From contig JAUZTB010000063.1 of NCBI GenBank assembly GCA_034780895.1, positions 20,017,764-20,081,763 of the forward strand: DNA of 64,000 nucleotides. The letters run 5' to 3'. Position 1 is the first letter of the stretch; every line of letters begins with the position of its first letter. The DNA is from Rhynchobatus australiae (Eukaryota). The notes under the pieces are model-generated. The model did not search any database. It saw only the letters and a program-made list of their open reading frames with translations, and was not told the DNA's origin. Positions 11,851 through 26,404 of this stretch are shown in pieces. Both the position numbers and the translations under genes were made by a program.

Positions 11851-14800
11851 TGGTCTTCAGCTGAAAGAAAGTAACTACAACTCCAGTGACTAATTCCATT
11901 GAGAGTCACAGTTTAAGTTTGTGCATAACTGTATGTTACTATATTACCAGGGTGATATTATTAAATATTGTTTATGATATCACATATAGTCCTCCTTATA
12001 TGCCACAGATATTTTGAACATGTATAGATGTCCACACTGAGGAAATGGTCATTGTCTGTAAATGCCGTGGTCCATTGTGTCAGGTGGCTCTCTGCTTTAT
12101 GCTGCTCTAATAGAGAGCAGCCTTTGTATAGCTGTGCCTTCAAAACTGANNNNNNNNNNNNNNNNNNNNNNNNNNNNNNNNNNNNNNNNNNNNNNNNNNN
12201 NNNNNNNNNNNNNNNNNNNNNNNNNNNNNNNNNNNNNNNNNNNNNCTATTTATATTTATTTAGTGGTTTATTGGGTACAAAGGAAAGGTCTTTGGTGTCA
12301 TCCATGTTTTTTTTATCCCCAGGAAGTCTTTGCAGATAATGAAGGCATAGTGTGTAATTATAATATTTATCATGGGTTATTCTAACTGTGTTTTTGTGAA
12401 GCATGAGACTTGAATCTAGTTGAAGCTGCAATAGTTATTTAACCATGTGCTGTGCATACAGAAAATGTATTTCCAGGAACTATTTAAAAAAAAGTTATTT
12501 TGCCATTTTTGGGCAGACCTCTGGTGCCCCATTTGGTTCTGCCCTGCAGAGTGCTAATTCTCATTAGTGCTGTTGGACACCCAACCAAACACTCACAGGT
12601 ATATGTGCTCGGTCTCTACACTGTGCTATCCCTATCATCCTCTTATGCTCCCACAGCAAGAATTGCGCATGGTTCAGTGTGGATAGGTTGTAAATGGGTG
12701 ATGGTGGTGTGCAAGCTGGGTTTTGCAAGCGGGCACTTGGTGCTGATGCGTGAGCCAGATCTTGCTAAATGGTGGAGTAGGCTTGAGGGACTGAGTGGTC
12801 TCCATCTGTTCTTAATTCGCGAGTATGTGATTAAATTAGACGGAATTTGTTCTGTAAATTGTAATGAGATTTTTATTAGAGGTAAGTAAGTATCCATCCT
12901 TGTTTTGAGCTTTATTTGGATAAGATAGCTGCTCTTTGCTCATACAAGGTTCAAGGCACATAGTTTACTTTCTTTAGTTGACAACAGTAAAGCAGCTAAC
13001 ATTAGCTTGTGACTCCAATATCAAGAAATGTCTGCAGCAAGTACATTAATTTGCTAGTTTTTATGCTTTCTCATTGAAATGCATAAAATTATTAAAGTAC
13101 TTGATAGCATTGTCACAGACTCAATATTTCTCCTGGCTGGGGTGTCAGGAGCCAAGGCCACAGTCTCAAAATAAAGGGATGGCCATTAAGGACACAGATG
13201 AGAAATTTCTTCATCCATAGTAAATTTTTGAAATTCTGTACCCAAAAGAGTAGTGACTGTTTAGTCATTATGTTCAGAAAATGACAGCTTTTTAGATAAT
13301 AACTGAATTGAGGGAAATGGAATTAGTGTAAGAAGATGGTCTTAATCTGCTGCAATCTTAATCAGGGAGTAGAAACAAGGGACTAAATGGATTTTTCTTG
13401 CCTCTTGTGTTCCAAGATGAATTTACCTGAACCCCAAGATTCTGATTTCAAAATCTGCCTAAATTTACCAGGCCTTGACCTGCCACTAACCACTTGCTGT
13501 GAGAAACCTCATCCTTGCATTTGCTTCCTCAACTTTCTATTATCTCTGGATTACTTCATATCAATTTTATAATGTTCTCAGTATAAACTGATGAGAACTT
13601 CTGGTATTTGCAAACTATTCAGTCTGTGCTTGCCAGCAAATCATTATTTGTGTGGATTGCACAAATTTGCATTTGAAGGTCTCTTTTATGGGAATTGTTG
13701 CAGATTAATGCTAATTCTGTTTCAGAAATTGATATTAAAGACAAATAGGACTTTAAGGAGGAGGAATAGAATTGGAATTTTCAATTCCCCCTCCATTTTC
13801 TTCAAATATTCAGTATTGGGCAGATGCAATGTTTAAACAATAAAGTTGTTGCTTAACTGCAGGATATTTAATTNNNNNNNNNNNNNNNNNNNNNNNNNNN
13901 NNNNNNNNNNNNNNNNNNNNNNNNNNNNNNNNNNNNNNNNNNNNNNNNNNNNNNNNNNNNNNNNNNNNNNNNNCCTATTTCTTATGTCTCTGTCGTCCCT
14001 CTTGCTTTCCGGGATGAATAGAAACTTATTATTAGTGAACATTTCCAGGAAAATCATTTAGAGAAAGTGGCAGTAAATTGATTTTTTTTTACAATTGTTT
14101 AATGTATTATATAAAGCAAGATAAAGTCATTAAATTTTTACTGAGCAGTAGTTTTTAAAGATATACCATGTGCGATTCTGAAACTGCATTTGGAAAGTAC
14201 ATTGAAGTGAAAGAACTGGGAATTTGTAAAGGTTCCTTTTCATTTTGTAAGTTGGGTTAGTTTAAGTTTTATTATATATTCAAATATTTACAGAACGAGG
14301 CGTTTGGGTTTTTGTAGGAACTTTTTTGTTTTTGGAGAATGTTTTAGGAGAAAAAACATTTGTTTGCATGGTAACAAAGTCAAAGGGACTTTGAAAAAAG
14401 ACTTGACTAAAGCATTATTCATTACAGCAAATGCTGGGGAGATTCCTGAACATGAAATAGAGGCAGGATTGACTCCAAAATCTGCTTTGCCATTGAATCT
14501 GATCATGGTTGATCATCTACCTCAAGTTCATGCAATATTTTTAATGACTGAGCATCATCAACATCCAAAAAAATTATAGCCGTTTGAGTAACTTCTCCTC
14601 GTTTTATTTCAAAATTGTNNNNNNNNNNNNNNNNNCTCCAGCTAGAAGAAAAAGTCTCTGAGCATCTGGCTGTCTCAGAATCTCTGCAAGAACTCTTCTA
14701 TTGTTTAAATTCCATTGAATAGAGAGCAATCCAAGTAAATTTCCCCCAGAATAGTACTGGAGATCAACTCAGTGAATCAGTGCTGGACTGCAATCAAGAC

Positions 14801-14869
14801 AATTTTATCATTTGCTGGATTCTGAGATTAAAAACTATGCACAGTACTCCTGCAAATGCTTAAAAACTT

Positions 14870-15340
14870 GACTTTCAAACACAAAGTGTGGGAAATTCTC
14901 AGCAGGTCAAGTAGCGTCTGTACAGGTAGAAATAGAATTAATGTTTCAGGTTGATAATCTTTCATCAGGAAAACTTAGAGATAAAACAAGTTTTAAGATG
15001 CAATGAAAATGGACAGGGCAGAAGAAAACAAAACTGAAAAGCTACAAATGAATGAAGGCAGGAAGGGTTACATGACAAAAGCAATGGAACTGCAAGGTGA
15101 AAGAAGAGGGCAATTGGACAATTAAGCAAACAAAAGATTAGTCTGGAGAGTTGAATTGCAAACTGACAGTGGAATCTAAATTAAACGTTCTGCAAAAGAT
15201 GATTTTCTGAAATTGTTGAACTTTGTGTTTAGTACAAAGACCATAAACTGCCCAGTTGAAAGATGAGCTGTTTCTCAAGGCTGTATTGGAATGGTGTAGA
15301 AAGCTGATATAAGGGTTGGAGTGAGACAAAATTGTGACAT
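14870..15340 (-). mobile_element. Penelope-like element 3' fragment
   Basis: Terminal repeat motif with CTGATGA...GAAA core on the minus strand; adjacent decayed endonuclease C-terminal sequence. Confidence 0.6.
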
Positions 15341-15972
15341 CCACTGATGTATATTGAGATATAATAATTGTAAAGGCAGTCTGAAGTATTTGGTTGACTT
15401 GATGTGTTGCTTTTATAAAGTTACCTGTAATGTAATCGTGTGTATTATCTGGCTGAACGTTGTATAGGAGTCATTTGCAATCAAGAAAAGAAGCTTTATT
15501 TCTCATAACTCTTAACGATACAGAGATCATGTTCAAATAGACTTCTTTGTATGCAAAAAATGTGGATTAAGTATGTTTNNNNNNNNNNNNNNNNNNNNNN
15601 NNNNNNNNNNNNNNNNNNNNNNNNNNNNNNNNNNNNNNNNNNNNNNNNNNNNNNNNNNNNNNNNNNNNNNNNNNNNNNGGATTAAGTATGTTTGCAAAAT
15701 GCTGCAAGTATCCCACAGTCCCTTAAAACCTAACATTGCATTTCTCTGAGGAGGCAGCAATGGCAAGAGCAATAAGAACAGAGTCCTGGAAGAAACAGTC
15801 AAGGAAGTGATTTTCAGAATTTGTGATGGGGTACAGGGATCCCAGCAATGAGAGTGAGGTCCTGGACATGGTGGCAGCAGCAGGGGTAAGGTCCTGTAGG
15901 TCTTGGGAAAAGTATGCTTATTCAAAGTTGTTGCAGTATGTGAATATACAGACTCGTGTGTGCATGAGTAAC

Positions 15973-16214
15973 TATAGATGGTGCTGCTATAATATAATAA
16001 TTGTGTTCCTAAGAAACCATGTGTTATAAGAAGTTGTGTTATAGTAGAACTGGTTGTGGTTGCCTTCGAAGCACAAATTTAAACAGGTTTTCCCCACCGT
16101 GATTGCATTATAACTAACGTGGCCTGTGTACTGTAAATAGTGTTCCCTAATCCATGAATCATGTTATAACTAATTCACGTTATGGAAAGGCACATTACAG
16201 CAGAACTACCTGTA
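15973..16214. mobile_element. Possible Tc1/mariner (Tigger-like) MITE
   Basis: Imperfect TIRs TAtagatggtgctgctataatat and (reverse complement) TAcaggtagttctgctgtaatgt, 17/23 match, TA flanks. Confidence 0.45.
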
Positions 16215-16999
16215 TCGATTTGTGGTAAGTCAAGAACATGGATGTCAGCAGGGAGGTTTTCCCACCATTTGTTTTAATTGCAAAAAACTGTTCAGTGTTT
16301 GCTGTTTTGTATGTTAATTTGTTAATCTGAAATAATTAAACCATCTTGAAAATTTAAACTGATATTAAAAACACAAGTAATATGTTGGAGAAAGCATATT
16401 TTGATATGGTGAACTCATTAAAAATACACATTTTTTTAAAAGCTATTGTGTCCTCTAGTTTGAGAAGAGCTTTTGCACTCAAAGGCACTGCCATTGAGCT
16501 GTCCCAAGAGTTTGACCTTAAAGAAAAAGATGTGTTTAATCTTGTTTTTTTTTTAAATTCTCTTTTGGATCTTTGATTATAAAGCTCTTGTGGTAAAGGC
16601 TGTCTATGGAGATGTATTCCAAGTGTTTGTAGAATGAGCAGTTTCTAACAATGTCTCTAATATGTTTTACAAGATTTCTTTGGAAGAGGACTGTTAACAA
16701 ATTTTCCATGTGATGGTGATGCCATGTACTGACTACTCAGTGGTGCATGTAAACAATCTATATTTATTGTCTATCCAGAGCCTTCATTGGTCACATCAAG
16801 TTTGGAAAGGAAGATGATAATCTTGAGTATTTCACTAGTAGTGAAATTATGCGGCAAACTGTGTTACAGAGGGGAATGTGGGTAGTCTGAGTGATGAGCT
16901 GGATGAATGGAATATATTATACTTTATTAGTTTCTGCTCACTTGAATTATGCAGCAAATTTGAATAATGTATCAAGCAGATGGCAAGAGATGCGAAACA

Positions 17000-17264
17000 C
17001 AGTAAACTCCTTTAATCCAGGACACTTGGGACTTTATTGCTGGACTGCCAGATTTGCCAGACTCCTGGATGTTGTTCTTATCAATACTCCAACACACTTT
17101 CGATTCACATTTAATAATAGTTTCCAGATAACCCAGTAAGTTTAAAAGGAGCACATGAAACAAGGTAAGTTTCAAGGGAACGTGGAAAACTGCACCTGGT
17201 GAGCCAGTTGCCAACCTTTCTGGATTTCCAAATAGTCTGATTACTTGTTATTGGGACTTTACTG
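17000..17264. mobile_element. Possible old Tigger-like MITE
   Basis: CAGTAAACTCC at left, CAGTAAAGTCC on the reverse strand at right; TA TSD not preserved. Confidence 0.3.
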
Positions 17265-19632
17265 ACATGTTATTCTGAGTAAAAGGGGCCAAGCCACAGC
17301 CCTGTGGAGATCGCCGCAGCCTAATGAGGGAAAATTCTGTGGAATGTTCATAATATTCTAATAATTCAAACCTTATAATGTAAACAACATGATTACTTCC
17401 TCAATTACAGCCTCCTTAGATTGATGAAAGCAGTTATTTTCCATCCCTACTAACTTAAAGAATTAATCATGTCTGTCTAGTGTCTTTTGACTGAAGGTTA
17501 ATTTGGGGGAGAAAGGATATCTAAAGATTAATTCTTCTGCATCTAAAAGAAGAAAGCAATAGGTTTTGGGGTGTATTTATAAATTATGTAAAGATGAATC
17601 AAAAGAGAAATGTGACAGGATAGTGCCTGAAAATATGAAGATTTAAAATTGTTTAGTATCTTTGTGCAGAATGTAGTTGCAATACTGTATGTAACATTTA
17701 AGTGGCTGTAAAAAGGTAGTTCTTTGTAAAATAAACAAAGATGTTGGATTTAGCTTTTATTTTTTTAAAAAAGTTGGTGGGGGGGGGAGAAAAGGAAAAC
17801 TTTCCATTCTAATTTGACTTCTCCATTAAGGCAGGTGTTAGAAGTTTAAAAACAATTGCTATTCAACAGAAACATCATTTGGCATTCAGCTTAATTCATC
17901 TTGGCATGTTGGATCAATGTCTGACAGAGTACACCCTAAATGAGATGGGTCAGCTTAAATACAGCATCATTTGCAGATAACTATCACAACTGTATCTAAT
18001 CACAGATTATCTGACATTAGTTAACTTCATATAAACAAATTTACAAAAATAAATTCTCTATAAACTATATATTCAAAGATTATACCATTATATATGTATA
18101 TTATACCATTATATATTTTTGAACCTGTCATGAGCAATGCTATTAGTGATGAACTTTTTTGAAAATAGTTGCATTACATTTTTAAGTTCTTTGTACTTTT
18201 CCTTGAATATTATTTGTTTCTATCTGACCAGAAAGTGTCTTTTAAATAGCTGCTTCAGAATTATCAAAAATTTCTGGTTAAGGATTAAGATTCGTTGTTG
18301 ATTTGAAGATGCGCTTTCATTTGTGAAAAGTTTTTTTGATCACATAACCTTAAAAGAGCACTATGTTGAAATGAAACCTTTGGCTGGATATAGTGTAATT
18401 ATACTTTGTGCAGGTAAATTGAAAATTAGAATTGATGATGGAAAGGAACGAATTTACTTATCTTCCCAGGTAGAGGAAACTAGATTGAAAAATAGTTTGA
18501 AGGTGAAGGAAATGATTTTTTTAAAAATGGCAAATAATAGATGAGTACGCTTATGTGAGAAATCTGAAGGGTATTTCTTTCAGGTACTTGTAAATTGTGC
18601 CACCAAAAGTACCATCCAGCATCTTCCTGTACCTAATGGTGCTTTTACATGTCCGGTCATAAGCTTAACTTAAGCTTAACTTGAATGTTTTTTTTGTTAA
18701 CCACAACTTTTGGCAATTGAGCAAAGACGACCTGCATACATGTCACACTTTTATTTATGATTTAGCGTTTTAATTGCAATATGATTTCTATTTCTTTTGG
18801 TTTATGTTACAAGTCAATGAGAAGACCAATTCATTTTGGTCTAGATGGTCCAGATGTAGTACGTTGTGTCATATATTTATAAACGTATAAAATAGCAATA
18901 ACAGAGGTTGAAGTAGAATACTGAACAATCTAAAGTTCGAAACCTAAAGTGGATGTGCTTATTGAGTGTATAAACATATAGAAATTGCTGTTACAAAGAA
19001 GAACATTAATATTTTTGTGCCTAAATTCATGAATTCTAAAGTGAAGGCTCTGTTTCATCAAGGTGGTCTGTTCCTCTGTCCAATTTTTCTTTCGTGACCA
19101 TATTTTTCTTTCTGTCCCTGATTTAATATTGAATCCACCCATTCTAATATATTTTTTCTTGATCCTTTTCACAGGTAAGTCTGCAATTCTTCAATCTGGT
19201 CATAATGATACTCAGTTGCATTGATTCATTCAGGTCCCACGTGCCTGATTTTCCCTATCGTGTCATGATCAGCATACTCGTTCAACAACTTTCCATGATT
19301 TTATTTAAACTTCATCAACCAAAGTCCAATCAATAGCAAATAAGTTGGATGCTCTGCCACATCATATCTCTTGAGATGTGGGGCAGAGAATCCAACTTCT
19401 TTTAAATTGTAGTTGGGTTGTGCTTTCAATAGTAAGAGGGAAACTTTACTGTGCATCTGGCCATAATGTGGACATGGAATGAAAATGCTCTGATTCTTGG
19501 CACAGACCTCATAGATTTAAAGAAATTTATTTCATTTCAATATTTTCTGGTTGTACTCAATGTTGTGTACTAAACATGGCAAGACTAATGTACATTTGCT
19601 TAACATTGATTTTTTGTTTAATCTGATAATAG

Positions 19633-19770
19633 GTGAAGCGTACATACTCGCATGGTACCTACAGGGCTGGTCCAATGCGACAGATCAGTTTGGTAGGAGC
19701 TGTGGATGAAGAAGTTGGAGACTATTTTCCAGAGTTTCTTGACAGACTGGAAGAGTCTCCTTTCTTAAAA
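19633..19770 (+). CDS. RSBN1L: RSBN1L coding exon (138 nt)
   Basis: tAG acceptor at 19631-19632. Translates VKRTYSHGTYRAGPMRQISLVGAVDEEVGDYFPEFLDRLEESPFLK, phase 0/0, followed by a GCAAGT donor. Confidence 0.93.
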
Positions 19771-21130
19771 GCAAGTATTTTTTAATTATAGGAATTTACA
19801 GATATTGACAACTGTTACAAGAAATGTTCTGGACTGCATGTATGGGTGAATACAAAAACATAAGAAAATAGGAGTAGGCTCCCCCAAAGTTGCCCTGCCA
19901 TTCAATATTTTCATGGCTGATCTGCCTCAGGCCTCATCTCATCTGTGCTGGCTTCTGATAGCCCTCGGTTCCCTGATCCTTAGAATGTATCTACTTCCTA
20001 TGTAGGTATCCCCAATGATCTAACCTCCACAATCCTCAGGTGCTGAGAATCTTAGAACTCAACAATTCATGCACAAAACCTGTGGGACTAATATCCTTAT
20101 TATTCTTCCAAGCAGTATTCATAATCATTGTTCAGTGAAGGGAAAGAAAACATTTGTTATTGAATAATGGCAAATGAAAAGTAACACTAAAACCGCATCC
20201 ATATCTATTATGATCTGTTTAAAGTCCACTATTGCTATTTAGCTAATCTCTGTAATTACATAACTTTCTACAAATGCAAAATCAATTGGAATATAGACCA
20301 TTGGAAATACTTGCCCAGGTATTTAAATTTCAAGCAATATCTAATCATTTAACATATTTGTCAGTGTTGAAATAATGGGAGTTGATTTCTGAAAGCATGA
20401 TAAGCTATAGGAGTATTGTTATCGTTGCAGAAATGACTAAAATTTACGGTAATACATGTTGAAACTCTATGGTCTGGCATGTTTTGAATCTGTAGTACGG
20501 ATCTGTACTAATTAATTCTAAGTAAGATCTGTAGCTAATTAGCTTACCAGTGCAACTTTTGCAGTCTCAGCCAACAGCGTTTCTGACTTGCAGAAGCTTC
20601 AAGTTAGAACAGTTCTGGAAATCCTTATGTAACCCAGGGAGTGTCTATTCTTAAAAAAGAACATTCCTTTTCAGAGGAGGAAGGTGATCATGGGAGCATT
20701 TCCTGTGATCTGGGACCATCTGGTTCCCCCAAGGATGTCAGGCTAGAGGGTTCAACCTATACTAGCATAATTTTAAAATAAAATGCAAATACCCTAAATG
20801 GTTTAGTTTTGATTTCCACAAAACCTGTAACACTTTTCTGGTAATTACTTTCAAGGAAAATTCACTTCTGTTAAGTATATTTTTCTCCTTGGCTAAAATT
20901 CTTCTTTGGTCCTACGGAAGAATGGTATAGATTTATTTGCTTTCTGACTCAAAGATTGCATGTTATTGAAATGAAGAATTAAACCATTTCAGGTGGTTTC
21001 TTGTTGTATCTTGAAATTCATTTGAAGGAGTTTGGTTGATCTTTGTAATTCTAACCTGGACAAATTTCAGTGGCAAGAAAGAGACGTATGATAAAATTTA
21101 AAAAATAAGTTCTTTTTTTTCTGTTAATAG

Positions 21131-21273
21131 CGTACATTACCATGGGGATCACTTTCTAGTCTCAAACTTAAGTGCCGTAAAGAAAGTGACGATGGTCCTA
21201 TTATGTGGGTTCGTCCAGGAGAACAGGTGATCCCTATAGCAGACATGCCAAAATCACCTTTTAAACGACGGCG
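21131..21273 (+). CDS. RSBN1L: RSBN1L coding exon (143 nt)
   Basis: Polypyrimidine tract plus tAG. Translates RTLPWGSLSSLKLKCRKESDDGPIMWVRPGEQVIPIADMPKSPFKRR(R); donor CG|GTGAGT. Confidence 0.93.
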
Positions 21274-24200
21274 GTGAGTTCAATGTCTAGTGTATTATGT
21301 TAGCCAAGGCTGTAATTTTACCTTTCAGGTGTTAAGCAATCTCTGCTCACTTGCAGTAATTTTCCCTTTAACTGTTTGTCATAGGAATAAGATCTACAAT
21401 CTTTGCGTATCTTCCTAAATCATCAATTTTCCTCAGTTTGTATAATACCAGAAACATTATACTCCAGGTTTTAGAAGTTAATTAAAACTCTAGGGATCCT
21501 TTATATGGACCATGGAAATAAAAATAAATCCAGAAAATACTCAATGGGTCAAGCAGCATTTGTGGAGAGACAAAAACTGAATTAACGTTTTGGGTAGATG
21601 AACTATCAACAGAACTGGAGCTACTAGATTTCATTATTTAACTATGTGGCTGATAATATGGGGAAAATTTTTTTAAAAATTGGATTAATATAGGCTCAGT
21701 ATACATGGGTGGTTGATGGTGGGTGCAAACTTGATGAGCTGAAAGGCCTGCTTCTGTGCTGTAAGTCTCTGAGTCTATCTTCTGTGAGCCTCTGGCTTCT
21801 ATCTATCAAATCTGCCAGTTAAATCAAAGATATGTTGATATTTTTGATGTTCACAGACACTCAAAATTACTTGGGACCTATTAAGAGAGAAATAGTGTCA
21901 AAAATTTTGTGAAGAATTAAATAAACATATACTTAAAAAGAATTCTAACATTTTAAATTTTCTTCACTAATTCACATAAAAAGATTCTTTTAACCTTCTG
22001 GCAGCTGTTCATTTTAATAGGTTGGATGTGTTTACACCAGGTTAATCTGATGTGGGTTCAGTGAGTAGATCTCCCAAGCAGAAATNNNNNNNNNNNNNNN
22101 NNNNNNNNNNNNNNNNNNNNNNNNNNNNNNNNNNNNNNNNNNNNNNNNNNNNNNNNNNNNNNNNNNNNNNNNNNNNNNNNNNNNNNNNNNNNNNNNNNNN
22201 NNNNNNNNNNNNNNNNNNNNNNNNNNNNNNNNNNNNNNNNNNNNNNNNNNNNNNNNNNNNNNNNNNNNNNNNNNNNNNNNNNNNNNNNNNNNNNNNNNNN
22301 NNNNNNNNNNNNNNNNNNNNNNNNNNNNNNNNNNNNNNNNNNNNNNNNNNNNNNNNNNNNNNNNNNNNNNNNNNNNNNNNNNNNNNNNNNNNNNNNNNNN
22401 NNNNNNNNNNNNNNNNNNNNNNNNNNNNNNNNNNNNNNNNNNNNNNNNNNNNNNNNNNNNNNNNNNNNNNNNNNNNNNNNNNNNNNNNNNNNNNNNNNNN
22501 NNNNNNNNNNNNNNNNNNNNNNNNNNNNNNNNNNNNNNNNNNNNNNNNNNNNNNNNNNNNNNNNNNNNNNNNNNNNNNNNAAGGATTAGGTGAAGGAAGG
22601 CTGAGAGTTTGGGGACATAAAGAATGAATTGACTTGCATCTGTGTATGAGGAGTTTGTTTTATAAGGTATACCTTTACTTTTTTCTGGAGAGTGAGAAGG
22701 TGGTGGTCAGCTGTCACTTTGGATTGCTGTAGTCCTTTGGGTGAAGGTACTCCCACAGTGTTGTTGACTTGGGAATTTAGGGTTTAAATCTGGGTGATGA
22801 AGAAAAGGCAATATATTTCCAAATCAAGATGGTGTGTGACTTCAAGGGAACCTGCAGGTGGTGCTGTTCTGACACATTTTCTGCTCTTGTCCTTAATGGG
22901 AGAGGTTTTGGGTTTGGGTGATACTGCCAGAGTAGTCTAGGCAAATAACTTCAATCCATTTTTTTTTATCTGGCACCCACTGCAGGTATTTGCCTAGACT
23001 ACTGGGGGATCAGGAGGAAAGTTATTCACCACAATATTTGTATGGCTGGTACTTGTATCAGGAGGTGCCTCCATGTTGGATAAGTCTAGTTGTATGTAGG
23101 CATAAAATGCTTCAGTAACAGTTTGGCTATTGAGTGCTTTGTTTATAAAGCAGAAAATTGGTTGGCTGTTAGGTATTAGGGAGTGAGGGAGGATTAAACT
23201 CATGGAAGAATTTGGGGCAAACAAAGATTGTTTGGTGTCATGGATACCTTCATAAATNNNNNNNNNNNNNNNNNNNNNNNNNNNNNNNNNNNNNNNNNNN
23301 NNNNNNATGAAAAGCTGGAAAGATTAGAAGTCCCAAGAGATTTCTTGTTGATAAAGAACAAGAGGGTTCATGTTGATAAAATTTAATGAATGGTTATTCA
23401 AACTAATCAAAAAGGATAATTGAATTCTGGCCATAATATTTGAGAGAATATAGTTACAAAGCCATAATTATGCCTAGAATATTTTGAGCAATTTGGGGAA
23501 TTACAACCTGGAAAGAATGGAGAGAATGCATTGGAGGCTTGCTTTGAGCTCGGAGTTAAATTTATCACCAGAGAATGCACAACCTAGGGTTGATGTGAAT
23601 TGAGAGCTAATTTGGTTAGATAAAAACTATTGCGGCAGAAACTATTACAGTAATGAGTTAAATAGAAGCTATTACTGCTGGCTGGAAAATCTGGGACTTG
23701 GGGTCATGGTTGAAAAATTAGAACAAGTCCTTACAGGAGTGAAGATAGGAAACAAATTGACATGAATCAAATTTAGTATACATTTGGAACTCTTCCATGA
23801 ATAGATGCTAGTTCAGGTGTTAATTTTAAATTTGTGTTTGACAGACTTCAGTTAATCAGAGATATTAAGTGATAAAGAACAAAGGTAGCTGGAGAGAGTT
23901 ATATACTGTAAATAGCTGCTTACTGTTCTAATGTAAGTGCAAATAATTTGCTGTAGTGCTTTCTTATTAAAAAGACTAACAAGATTTTTGCTTTGATAAA
24001 TGCATGACATCACTCCCTTCTTTTAACAAAAAAAAGACTGATAAGATTTTAGAGTAACANNNNNNNNNNNNNNNNNNNNNNNNNNNNNNNNNNNNNNNNN
24101 NNNNNNNNNNNNNNNNNNNNNNNNNNNNNNNNNNNNNNNNNNNNNNNNNNNNNNNNNNNTTCCATAAGAACGAATGTGTCCTAGTCGTGAAAGCTAGGGT

Positions 24201-26404
24201 AAAAATTGTTGATGCTTGGTTCTGAATAGTTTTTGTATTCTTTATTTTAATAACTATTAAAATCAATATTGTGCACAGCCAGCATGACATGAGTTTCTGA
24301 TAAACAATTTTGGCTTGTTCTTGTGTATCTGGGGAGTTACAGTGATTATAATTATGTTTACTGCAACACAGTTGAATTGTTTGAAATATTTGAATTATTT
24401 TGTTCACAGCTCAGAATCCCTATAGTCCTGCATCCAAACAGCTCATCATCTTCAATTTTGCTGAATTATAGTCATAGCATTTCCAAACAAATTAATTTCA
24501 AGATCTTATTGATCTTGCCTTTGCAATTACATGAGATTACATGATGCATTGATATTCTTATGATTGAACATATATACAAGTGCTAATGGAGAAGTGAGGT
24601 GAGGCACAAGAAAGCAGGAATGTCCAAAGTTAGTATTACTGAGATTAACATCTCAGTTCAGAAGTCTGGATATGATTGATCTTGTGGGGTGCTTCAGTAG
24701 CAATGAAACCTAAAGTGATGTGCAAACTGTTAGAATTCTGGATCCTAGAATCATGGGATTACCTGAACAACAAATATCTTGTTTACTTGCTATACTTCTA
24801 ATTAATTCATCTGCAGAAAATTAGGACAAGTAATTTGCCCTTGGGGAAAATATTTCATGTTGGATTAGATTTAGCACCCCCTGTGCCAGTTTCTGTATTA
24901 TCTGTTCCAACAATAGCTAGGTAGATCTGATGCACCTTGCACTGTGAGCGAGGGTTCAACAGTTTCACTTGACAGATGTGACCTTGTAATGACATTATGT
25001 AATTGTATGTATTTAAGAACCACACTGAGGAGAGCTTTGGTCTTGCAGGCTGTGAACAATACTGTATTCTATTTGATGCATGCATCAAAATGTCATTACT
25101 TATGCTAGTTATATTTGGAATTTCTTCGATAACTTGGTGGATACCATGCTAAATTATTTGTGTTTAAGATGTAATAAAACTTAATATTTTGCGTTAATTC
25201 AGACCTCTGAATTGCAGGCAAAATGTAGAGGGTCTTCTTACAGAGCTTTGGCTCATAATGGTCAGATTTCTGACCTTGAAAAACATACTCACTTGTGTCA
25301 CTAGGATTCTTATGAGCAGTTACAAGAAGAGAGGTGCAATGTGTAAGACACCTGAATCTGTAGTTTCTTCTTGCCATAACATAACATTTATTAGTTTGGA
25401 ATTTGACCTCTTGTTTGCAGAGAATTCAATGATACTGCTGATATTGGTGTACTGCTTATTAAGGTTGGGTATGATGTGTGGTTGCTTCACATTTATGTAG
25501 GTCAGGTAGGTTGCCAAGATTTGTCTTATTGATAAATGCATCTATTGCTTGCTGAAGTTGTTCATGTAAGAAAAAACTATACAGGTGAGTGGCAAAAATT
25601 AAAACAAGCAATAATTCACAATTGAATATCTTGTGCACATTTAGCATTGGTATTGGTTCACTACAAAAAATATACCATAGCTATCAGCTGTTGCTGCATA
25701 TCAAACGAGAGTAAGGTGTCATGAATTGTTATACTTTGTTATCTTTAGAATGGTATATATTTCTGGATATGTCTATATCACTGTTTCTATAGAGATGGTT
25801 TTTATCTGATGTGATTCCTACAGCAATACTTTTCTGTTACATTTATCTCTATGGAGCATCTAAAAAACAAGGAGTTCAGTAATAGCATGAACCTCCCAAT
25901 TAGATCTTAAGGAAGGATTCTCCCTATCTCTTGAGCAGTTACTACACCTATAAACATCTCTCATGGTTACTCCTGATTTGCATGATAGATTTTGTTTTAA
26001 ATCTGGGGGCCTAAGGTGGACTTATTCTGAAAGGCAGTAAGTACTACACAATATATAAAGTTCAGGCCAAAATGAATAGTTATATTTGTTGATGATTACA
26101 CAGAAGCAGTAATATTCAGCAAGGTATTGATGAGAATAACATTTGGAAAACAAAGAAAGATCAAGTCCAGAAATACTGGAATACATTTCTTGCAATATTT
26201 ACAACAATCAGCTTTTAGAGTAAAGAATTCTTTTTTGAGCATTTTGCTGCACAATATGCTATGTAATTAATTCCCCATTCATCCCACAAAACGGGACTTG
26301 TGTTATGGGTAGAGGATCAAATTGAGACACAAGAGACTGCAGATGCTGGAATCTGAAACAAAAAAGCAAACTGCTGGAGGAACTCAAAAAGTCAAACGGC
26401 ATTA

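Noticed and set aside
15564-15693. Direct repeat GGATTAAGTATGTTT around the gap (similar short overlaps at 3201/3306 and 31935/32040)
   Set aside because: Exact overlaps at contig ends flanking 100-N gaps are most simply assembly artefacts.
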